This document shows positions 18,801-25,224 of a stretch of 48,544 nt of DNA, piece by piece. A program made the translations under genes and the position numbers. The notes under the pieces were generated by a model. That model had not been told where the DNA came from. It was given only the letters and a program-made list of their open reading frames with translations, and did no database searches. The stretch is from Tissierellia bacterium (GTDB lineage: Bacteria; Bacillota; Clostridia; Tissierellales; Tepidimicrobiaceae). Position 1 is the stretch's first letter. Every line of letters starts with the position of its first letter. Location of the stretch: positions 1 through 48,544 of the forward strand of contig JAAZMA010000262.1 in assembly GCA_012799055.1 (NCBI GenBank), in the 5' to 3' direction.

Positions 18801-20694
18801 TAAGTTTTTTGCCAATCTTATATTTTAAATAGTTTTCAGCAGTATAGGGAGAGGGGTAGGTGTTTTCTAAAAGCCAATTTTTAAGTCTAGATTTAAAATC
18901 CCTATTATCCCATAGTTCTCTATATATTTCATCTATAATATCTAAAGTAGTAAGTCTAATTTCTAAAAAATTAGAGTTTAATTGTTCCATAATGTAGTTT
19001 TCATATTTTTTTAAATTTTCTTCACTTAAATAATATATGGGAATATATTTTATTGTTTGAGATAAATACAATTGCCCTGTTGGAGATATGTTTTTATAGT
19101 TTTCGTAGTATTTTATTAAAATATTGGAGTATTTTTCAAAGTTTTTTATATTGGAATTATAAAATAAGGATTTTATTATGGTTTTTAAATTGTATTGCCA
19201 TTCAATGGGAGATTCTTCGATTTTATGATCTGGATAAAGTATATAATGTAGTAGATTGTCCAATAATCCTTCACTGGTAGTTTTAGGTTTTGATTTATTA
19301 ATAGATTTAGGTATTTCTTTTCTATATTCTTCATCATATTGGCTAATTAATAGTCCAATTAGTTCAGCAGCTTCTTTTCTAATATCTTCTTCATTGTGAA
19401 ATAGTAAATCTACCATAAAGTATAATGTAATTACTTTTTGTTTTTGAGTTAAATAATTGGAGTATTCTCTAAATATTTGAAGATATAATCGTAGTTTTCT
19501 CCAATTGTATTCAGAACGGGCCATTTCTATTATATTATTAAAAGATGTATCATCTAAAAATTTTGCCATTAAATCAATATTATGTTCAATTGCAAAGTAT
19601 TTTAAATTGTCTACAATATCTTCATTTTCCATTAGGGAAAAAGGTTTATTTACTATTATAGGATTTAGGCCTTTACTAAGAGTAGTATCTACTCCAAGAC
19701 TTATCATATAATCTTCAAAATCTTTTAATTTCCTATAAACTTTTTCATATCTTTTTTCTTTTTTAGCATCTAAATTATCCAATTTATTTAAAATTATATC
19801 ATAGGCTTCCTCTAGGGTGTAAATATACATTTTATACTCATTGTTTTGGATTTTATTTTTAACTCTAAAATCTGCATAAATAAGTACTAGGGATTCTAAA
19901 GGTAGATTTTCTAGTTCTAAATCCCAGGTAGAATGATTAGTTGCTATATGGCCAATTTTTTCTGCGTTAAATCTATTAAACCACTCTTCAGTATAATAAT
20001 AATGTAAATATGGCACTCTATGACTTTCTTCCTCCATAACACCGTATTTGCCAATATCATGTCCTAGTCCTGAGCCTGTTACAATACCTAAATCTATAGG
20101 TAGATTTAAGGATTTTAATTGTCTAGCAATATTTAAACTTAAATGATTGACCCCTACCACATGTTCTATAGTATTGTGTCCTGTAAGGGATAAATCTAAT
20201 TTCATTAACTCATATACCCAATTATTTAAAAAGGCAGTTTTAAAATTTAAATATTCTTTTAAATAATTAGTGTCTTTTTCTTCTTTTTCACTTAAAAAGG
20301 AGATAGGATATTTATATAAAAAATTATTTTCATCATAGTGGATTTCGTACTGGGAAAAAACTCTTAGTATATTTAAGTAAAATAGTACTAAGGGTTCTAA
20401 ACCTTTATGAAAATTTCCATTGTTTTTTTCAGGAAAAGATAATTTTAAAACCCAATTATAAATATATTGAAGCCATTCTATTTCTCCTATATCCCAATGT
20501 TTTCTATATAATGGGTAAAACAACTTCATTAAAGCTAGAGCATCGTATTTATTTTTCAAGACTATTTCCCCTAAATAGTCTTGAAAATCATTTCGATTTA
20601 CTATTTTTAAATAATCTTCATAATAAAATTTTAAATAATCTTTATTTATTTCTTTTAAAATTATTTGATATATTTCTCGTTGAGCCTTAATCAT
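15838..20694 (-). CDS. Uncharacterised 1618-aa multidomain protein: HD phosphohydrolase, HEAT-like repeats, NadD/PPAT-like nucleotidyltransferase, GNAT-like region, type-I phosphoribosyltransferase-like domain
   Basis: HD: 'IEHVVGVNHLS...GSGLGHDIGKYG...LIYADFRV' (aa ~170-280). Nucleotidyltransferase: 'VAFFPGSFDPFSLSH', 'MVVGTDVL', 'ISSTQIRNFI', 'YIYRYGLY' (aa ~912-1105). PRT: 'RPMILVDDLLHKGYR' (aa 1421-1435). HEAT-like: 'EEDIRKEAAELIGLL', 'DKEIKTEAFRILG'. The ATG overlaps the sdaAA stop (ATGA). Confidence 0.7.
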   Translation of the reverse strand: MIKAQREIYQIILKEINKDYLKFYYEDYLKIVNRNDFQDYLGEIVLKNKYDALALMKLFYPLYRKHWDIGEIEWLQYIYNWVLKLSFPEKNNGNFHKGLEPLVLFYLNILRVFSQYEIHYDENNFLYKYPISFLSEKEEKDTNYLKEYLNFKTAFLNNWVYELMKLDLSLTGHNTIEHVVGVNHLSLNIARQLKSLNLPIDLGIVTGSGLGHDIGKYGVMEEESHRVPYLHYYYTEEWFNRFNAEKIGHIATNHSTWDLELENLPLESLVLIYADFRVKNKIQNNEYKMYIYTLEEAYDIILNKLDNLDAKKEKRYEKVYRKLKDFEDYMISLGVDTTLSKGLNPIIVNKPFSLMENEDIVDNLKYFAIEHNIDLMAKFLDDTSFNNIIEMARSEYNWRKLRLYLQIFREYSNYLTQKQKVITLYFMVDLLFHNEEDIRKEAAELIGLLISQYDEEYRKEIPKSINKSKPKTTSEGLLDNLLHYILYPDHKIEESPIEWQYNLKTIIKSLFYNSNIKNFEKYSNILIKYYENYKNISPTGQLYLSQTIKYIPIYYLSEENLKKYENYIMEQLNSNFLEIRLTTLDIIDEIYRELWDNRDFKSRLKNWLLENTYPSPYTAENYLKYKIGKKLNLEKKILKTLKYNYEKDEENIQEIFLNNLKTATDWMNKKVNIDILYDQVKKFPDTTGLHTGMHFCNLLKVSAVEKVRNYAGHTLLNIFEFLSLGERNDIAVELLRALEMQNYQFTKYIPDYLGQLLLYLQPTELDEIIDDFEEKIKQSNTQIVFLLLRTTGICIEHYPKYKDRFKEDENVYEERLYRLLGILLSGMGSYDKEIKTEAFRILGSQVLNSNNLLLTEKHNIFTLIGKKMFTLLPQKEEDKFLFLNNSASLNHVYRFILDYEFYHGNIEMSSKDKVAFFPGSFDPFSLSHKEIALEIRDLGFEVYLAVDEFSWSKRTQPHKFRRDIVNMTIAQEKDIFLFPSEIPINISNDEDLLKLQDLFGNRQVYMVVGTDVLINASAYEREGELNKLSHIIFDRKSQQSKENEDILLEKRLENLKGDVLILSLPPQYEDISSTQIRNFIDLNRDISKQVDPLAQQYIYRYGLYLREPQYKSLVQTKTIEIEIIEDLNDNFIEYLEKKFGHELYMEALYELRNKLEYRILLVKNTEDNSILGFSTFYWVPSSLLFEEFKNRDITQYLRIHSRGKLVVLSGIYTKYTDDYLIETVLNETLAYIIANDYNYALFKNALSYKNRKELEESLKIQGFIETPFNYNNSPLFIVDMNNPMTLNQDLGNLLKPPYDSNPQIQETIRKSRKALKEVLSSLYPGELLLSFNEDMIYSKLIQKICDANKVSILQKEVRTLGPNICVPFGSILNGMILPNTVTKTMHTEKIFNPMITDFTIAAYPNYLSLENQAKVFKSFNRPMILVDDLLHKGYRLNVIEPIIKKANIDINKVIVGILTGRGKEIGDIKNLDVDAAYFVPNLKIWFNESDQYPFIGGDMVYREGTDYDNLIPSINLILPYASPSFIKNTTAKAIYNLSETCLINAIEIFKSIEQVYQEINEKSLIIRNLGEVLTSPRRPDTYKSMEYYGNQKPSACLEGDLEHLIRIENIIHKDLNRK

Positions 20695-21557
20695 AAAATC
20701 CTCCTTTTTATATCTTCGCCAGTAGGTGTAGCTGCTACACCACCTAGAGCAGTTTCTCTTAAAGATTCAGGCATGGCTTTGCCTACTTTATACATGGCTT
20801 CTACCACTTCGTCAAAGGGTACCATAGACTTTACACCTGCCATGGCTAAATCTGCAGATACTAATGCATTAATTACACCAGAGGCATTTCGTAATGCACA
20901 GGGGAATTCCACTAAACCTGCTACTGGATCACATACTAAACCCATAATATTAAGTAATGCAAAGGATGCACCATGTAGGGAAGTTTCTGGTTCACCGCCA
21001 ATCATTTCTATAATAGCTCCTGCAGCCATAGCAGCTGCTGCACCACATTCTGCTTGACATCCTCCTTCTGCTCCAGAAATAGTGGCATTTTTAGCTATTA
21101 TTTCTCCAATCCCTCCCGCTGTAAATAAACCATAAATCATTTCTTTTTCACTTAAATTATATTTTTCTGAAACTATTATTATGGCACTGGGAAGTATGCC
21201 AGATGCACCAGCTGTAGGAGCTGCTACTATTTTTCCCATGGAAGCATTTACTTCGGAAGTAGATAAAGCCATGGCCATGGCAGAATTAATAATTTCACCA
21301 CAAATGGTATTTCCCATATTTTTGTATTTTTCCACTTTTTTAGCATCTCCACCTGTAAGTTTCGATACAGAAATTACTTCTTTATTTAATGCAGATTTAG
21401 AGGAACTTATCATAGTATCTAAAACTAATTTCATATTATCTATTAATTCTTCATAGGGCAAACCTCTTTCTGCCATTTCTTTTGCTATTACTATTTCAGA
21501 AATTTTTTTATTTTGTTCATTACATAATTTTAATAATTCATTTCCTTTATTATACAT
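20691..21557 (-). CDS. sdaAA: L-serine dehydratase, iron-sulfur-dependent, alpha subunit
   Basis: 'TGGDAKK', 'NASMGKIVAAPTAGASGILP', 'ISGAEGGCQAECGAAAAMAA', 'LVCDPVAGLVEFPC' and 'ETALGGVAATPTG', colinear with Bacillus SdaAA. Confidence 0.92.
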   Translation of the reverse strand: MYNKGNELLKLCNEQNKKISEIVIAKEMAERGLPYEELIDNMKLVLDTMISSSKSALNKEVISVSKLTGGDAKKVEKYKNMGNTICGEIINSAMAMALSTSEVNASMGKIVAAPTAGASGILPSAIIIVSEKYNLSEKEMIYGLFTAGGIGEIIAKNATISGAEGGCQAECGAAAAMAAGAIIEMIGGEPETSLHGASFALLNIMGLVCDPVAGLVEFPCALRNASGVINALVSADLAMAGVKSMVPFDEVVEAMYKVGKAMPESLRETALGGVAATPTGEDIKRRIL

Positions 21558-21560
21558 ATT

Positions 21561-22229
21561 TTACCTCCCAATTGGATTGATTCCAGTAATATAAATGATT
21601 TCGTCTAAGGCTTTTATTTTATTAATAATAATATCCTCTATGGGACTGTCAATTTCCATAACCATAGTGGCAATTTTTCCTTCTCGTGAGACTTTCATAG
21701 TGGCAATATTAATGTCTTCATTTGAAAGTATTGAGCTAATTCTACTAATAGAGCCTTTTCTGTCTGTATACTTAATTAATATAGTTGGATAATTACCTGT
21801 AAATTCTATATTAATGCCATTTAAATTAGTAATTAATATATTACCACCACCTATAGATGAACCAATTAAATAATAGTCTTCCTTATTTTTATAATGAAAT
21901 ACAATTTTAACTGTATTGGGATGTTCATATCCTAAGTCTGTTTCTATAAATTCTATATTAATGCCTTTTTCCTTGGCAATATTTAATGAATCCTTAATTC
22001 TTTCATCGGAGGGTTCCATTCCTAAAACCCCTGCTACTAAGGCTCTGTCTGTTCCATGGCCTCTATAGGTTTTGGCAAAGGAACCATGGAGAAAAAAACT
22101 AACTCCTGTAAAAGAAGTATTGGCAATTTCTCGTCCAATTTTTCCAAGTCTAGCAGCACCTGCAGTATGAGAACTGGAAGGACCAATCATAATGGGACCT
22201 AATATATCAAAAACTCCATAATTTTTCAT
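21561..22229 (-). CDS. sdaAB: L-serine dehydratase, iron-sulfur-dependent, beta subunit (with C-terminal ACT domain)
   Basis: 'MKNYGVFDILGPIMIGPSSSHTAGAARLG' and 'GSFAKTYRGHGTDRALVAGVLG'. The preferred start is the ATG at 22229 (AAAGGA SD). The ORF track's upstream ATG at 22265 would add 12 aa. Confidence 0.9.
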   Translation of the reverse strand: MKNYGVFDILGPIMIGPSSSHTAGAARLGKIGREIANTSFTGVSFFLHGSFAKTYRGHGTDRALVAGVLGMEPSDERIKDSLNIAKEKGINIEFIETDLGYEHPNTVKIVFHYKNKEDYYLIGSSIGGGNILITNLNGINIEFTGNYPTILIKYTDRKGSISRISSILSNEDINIATMKVSREGKIATMVMEIDSPIEDIIINKIKALDEIIYITGINPIGR

Positions 22230-22297
22230 TTTATCATCCTTTCCCCGTTTTATTAATTTTAGCATTTAATTAAAATTATGGCAATAAAAAAGGAGGT

Positions 22298-22942
22298 CTA
22301 GCCTCCTAAGGTAATATCCTGTTCATTGTACCAATTTAGTGCATTGTAAAAATGTTCTTTTTTAAAATCAGGCCAATAATCCTCCACAACAAAAAAATCC
22401 GCATATACAGATTGAATGGGAGGAAAACCGCTAAGTCTTCTTCTACCGCCCCAGCGAATAATTAAATCCACTCTAGAAATATCTCTAGATTTAATAGAAT
22501 CCATAATATTATCATCTTTATTTTCTTTGGAAAAGGAATCTTTTAAATCCCATTGCCATCCATAATTTACAAGAAAATTTACTTTAGTTTTACCCTCTCC
22601 AAAGACTTGTCTTCTAATGGTAAAGGGAATTAAGGCCTTAGGAAACATATCTGTACTAGTATTGCCTACAACTAATAAAGAGGCATTTTCTTTTGCTAAA
22701 AGTTTTACTGCATCTATACAAGCTTGAGTAAAAGCCAATCTTTGAACCTTAGGTCTTTTAGTATTGTCCATTGTGAAACCATAGTATGTAATTTCTTCTA
22801 CACCTACTTTTTCACAAAGTTTAAATAATTCTAATCCAGGATTAAGACCTTTGTCATAGCCTTTTTCTTTAGATAATCCATTTTCTACTGCCCATCTTCT
22901 ATTTCCATCGGGAATAATTCCTATATGTTTAGGTATTCGCAT
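22298..22942 (-). CDS. Short, divergent cis-prenyltransferase (UppS family) homolog
   Basis: 'PKHIGIIPDGNRRWA' (= HxAIIMDGNxRWA), 'ITYYGFTMDN' and 'DLIIRWGGRRRLSGF'. It is only 214 aa, and the canonical RxSNFLLWQ motif is replaced by 'RLSGFPPIQ'. SD AGGAGG. Confidence 0.7.
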   Translation of the reverse strand: MRIPKHIGIIPDGNRRWAVENGLSKEKGYDKGLNPGLELFKLCEKVGVEEITYYGFTMDNTKRPKVQRLAFTQACIDAVKLLAKENASLLVVGNTSTDMFPKALIPFTIRRQVFGEGKTKVNFLVNYGWQWDLKDSFSKENKDDNIMDSIKSRDISRVDLIIRWGGRRRLSGFPPIQSVYADFFVVEDYWPDFKKEHFYNALNWYNEQDITLGG

Positions 22943-23003
22943 ATTTATCCTCCTAGAATTTTATAATGTATATTATTCCCAACATATTTTAAATAATTCA
23001 AGA

Positions 23004-23030
23004 AAAATGGACTATAAAAAGGTCCATTTT
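23004..23030 (-). terminator. Terminator hairpin at the end of the pspC-domain gene (overlaps its stop codon)
   Basis: Minus strand reads AAAATGGAC-CTTTTTATA-GTCCATTTT followed by TCTTGAATTATTT. Confidence 0.6.
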
Positions 23031-23424
23031 ATTCTTTATTAAGCACATTAATTATTATATAAAGTCCAAATATTATTAACAATACGGGCCAATACCTACC
23101 AATATTCATAATCTTGTGGGCAAATTGTGGCCATATTACTTTACTAAGCATTATGGTACCAATTACTATAAATGCAATGCCTATAAAAAAGGCAGTATTA
23201 TTTTTTGTTTTATCATCATAGTCTTGATAGATTACTCCATCGTCCTCAGGAATTATTAGTGCACAAATTAAATAAGCTAAAAAGCCAGGTCCTCCAGGCA
23301 TAAAAGCCAGTAATACCCAAATTATTCGAACTACTACAGGATCAATATTAAAATATTCTCCAATTCCACCACAAACTCCAGCAATAATTTTATCAGAACT
23401 GGAACGTTTCAATTTTTTATTCAT
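23029..23424 (-). CDS. PspC domain-containing membrane protein
   Basis: 'SSDKIIAGVCGGIGEYFNIDPVVVRIIWVLL' is a PspC-domain signature. Three to four hydrophobic helices follow. SD AGGAGGTG. Confidence 0.8.
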   Translation of the reverse strand: MNKKLKRSSSDKIIAGVCGGIGEYFNIDPVVVRIIWVLLAFMPGGPGFLAYLICALIIPEDDGVIYQDYDDKTKNNTAFFIGIAFIVIGTIMLSKVIWPQFAHKIMNIGRYWPVLLIIFGLYIIINVLNKE

Positions 23425-23555
23425 CTAACACACCTCCTAAGAGTATAATATCAAATATTTATATTAAATAAAATAGAAAGTAAAAATAATATTATTCACA
23501 ATATATATAGATTGTGATAATATGAATTTGGATACAATAAATTTGGAGGTTTATT

Positions 23556-23987
23556 ATGTTTAATATATTTTCTCTAATATTTAAATACATCTTTATAGTA
23601 ATAATATATCTATTTATTTTAAGTATTATAAGATTAATATATTTAGATATAAAGGGTATATCCCAGGAGATTTCTGATGGAGGCAAATACTTAAAATTAA
23701 TAAACAAAAAGGAATCTTTATCTTTTAATGTAAAAGAATATTATCCACTCACAAAGTCTATATCCATTGGACGAAGTAACAATAATGAAATCGTATTAAA
23801 AGATCCATATATTTCAAAAAACCATCTAAAAATAGTAGAAGATGAAGGAGTTTTTTTCATAGAAGATTTAAACTCTGCCAATGGTACCTATCTTAATGGG
23901 GAAAGAATAATGGATGTGGTTAAAATTAAAAATGGTGATAGAATTAGAGTAGGACAAGTGGAGTTTTTATTTGTAGATAGAGAGTAG
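23556..23987 (+). CDS. Membrane-anchored FHA domain protein (FhaB-like)
   Basis: N-terminal TM helix, then an FHA core 'ISIGRSNNNEIVLKDPYISKNHLKI...EDLNSANGTYLNGERI'. SD GGAGG. Confidence 0.85.
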   Translation: MFNIFSLIFKYIFIVIIYLFILSIIRLIYLDIKGISQEISDGGKYLKLINKKESLSFNVKEYYPLTKSISIGRSNNNEIVLKDPYISKNHLKIVEDEGVFFIEDLNSANGTYLNGERIMDVVKIKNGDRIRVGQVEFLFVDRE

Positions 23988-23995
23988 GGGATATT

Positions 23996-25213
23996 ATGTT
24001 AGATAAAATAACTAGCCCTAGGCGACCTAGAAATTTGCTAGTTTTATTTGAATTAATGGCTATTGCATTATTGTTTATATATGATAGGGAAAACTTAGAT
24101 AAATTCACCATTATATCTGGAATAAGTTTAATACTTCTTATTTATGTTTCTAATTTTTTATTACCTAAAATATCCACAGGAGATAATTATATTTTTTTAA
24201 TAACTACTATGCTTTTAAGTATAGGAGTTATTATGATATATAGAATAAATCCTGCATTAGGTATAAAGCAAGTAATATGGATAGGTATAGGAATTTTATT
24301 ATTTTTTATTACTTATTTTATTGTAAAAAATATAAATGAATGGAGAAATTGGACTAATCTTTATTTTGGCTTATCTATAGTATTATTTGTTGCTACCCTT
24401 TTATTTGGAACCACTAAAAAAGGTTCTACTAATTGGCTTGAAATTGGCAGATTTAGTTTTCAACCAACAGAAATAATTAAATTATTATTAATTTTCTTAA
24501 TAGCCTCCTATTATGTAAATTACGATGAATACAAGGAGAAAAAATTTGGGCCCTATTATTTAACAGGGGCTGTATATTTATTTATTGGATTTTTGTTTTT
24601 ACAAAAAGATTTAGGAACAGTTTTAATTTTTTATTCCATATTTATTGCTCTTCAATTTATATATGAGGAAAATAGAAAATTAATATTTTATAATGTATTA
24701 CTTTTTGTAGTAGCAGGAGTAGCAGGTTTCTTTTTATTTGACCATGTTAGAATTAGATTTCAAATTTGGTTAAATCCATGGGAATATATAGACAATAAAG
24801 GCTATCAAATAACCCAATCCTTATTTGCCATTGCTACAGGAGGATTTTTTGGGACGGGGATTGGATTAGGACATCCAGACTTTATTCCAGAAGTATATAC
24901 AGATTTTATATTCTCTGCCATTTGCGAAGAAATGGGTATATTTGCTGGAATAGGTGTTATAATGTTATTTTTAATCTTAGTATATAGAGGATTTAAAATA
25001 GCCATTTCTCAAAGAGACAAGTTTTTTAGAATAGTGGCATTAGGTATAAGTATATTATTTGGAATTCAATCTTTTATTATATTTGGTGGAGTGTTAAAAT
25101 TAATACCTTTAACAGGTATTACCATACCCTTTGTTAGTTATGGAGGTAGTTCCATGCTATCTAGTTTTATAGCTTTAGGAATACTTCAAGTAGCATCAGA
25201 GGAATTGGATTAG
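23996..25213 (+). CDS. FtsW/RodA/SpoVE (SEDS) family peptidoglycan polymerase
   Basis: About 10 TM helices, with 'FQPTEIIKLLLI', 'QKDLGT', 'GYQITQSLFAIATGGFFGTG', 'TDFIFSAICEEMG' and 'IPFVSYGGSS'. Confidence 0.9.
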   Translation: MLDKITSPRRPRNLLVLFELMAIALLFIYDRENLDKFTIISGISLILLIYVSNFLLPKISTGDNYIFLITTMLLSIGVIMIYRINPALGIKQVIWIGIGILLFFITYFIVKNINEWRNWTNLYFGLSIVLFVATLLFGTTKKGSTNWLEIGRFSFQPTEIIKLLLIFLIASYYVNYDEYKEKKFGPYYLTGAVYLFIGFLFLQKDLGTVLIFYSIFIALQFIYEENRKLIFYNVLLFVVAGVAGFFLFDHVRIRFQIWLNPWEYIDNKGYQITQSLFAIATGGFFGTGIGLGHPDFIPEVYTDFIFSAICEEMGIFAGIGVIMLFLILVYRGFKIAISQRDKFFRIVALGISILFGIQSFIIFGGVLKLIPLTGITIPFVSYGGSSMLSSFIALGILQVASEELD

Positions 25214-25224
25214 GAGTTGACAAT

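Noticed and set aside
20665-21057. 130-aa plus-strand ORF. Many other 60-115-aa ORFs in the track are of the same kind (for example 2312-2608, 3767-4114, 10568-10873, 11068-11373, 11650-11988, 21181-21456, 38277-38576)
   Set aside because: All are embedded antisense or out of frame within long, well-supported genes. They lack SD sites and recognisable motifs. They are shadow ORFs typical of this codon composition.
23492-23707. 71-aa minus-strand ORF spanning the pspC/FHA intergenic region
   Set aside because: The product is extremely Ile/Asn/Tyr-rich, simply reflecting AT-rich DNA. It overlaps the FHA gene start and its SD, and it has no SD of its own.
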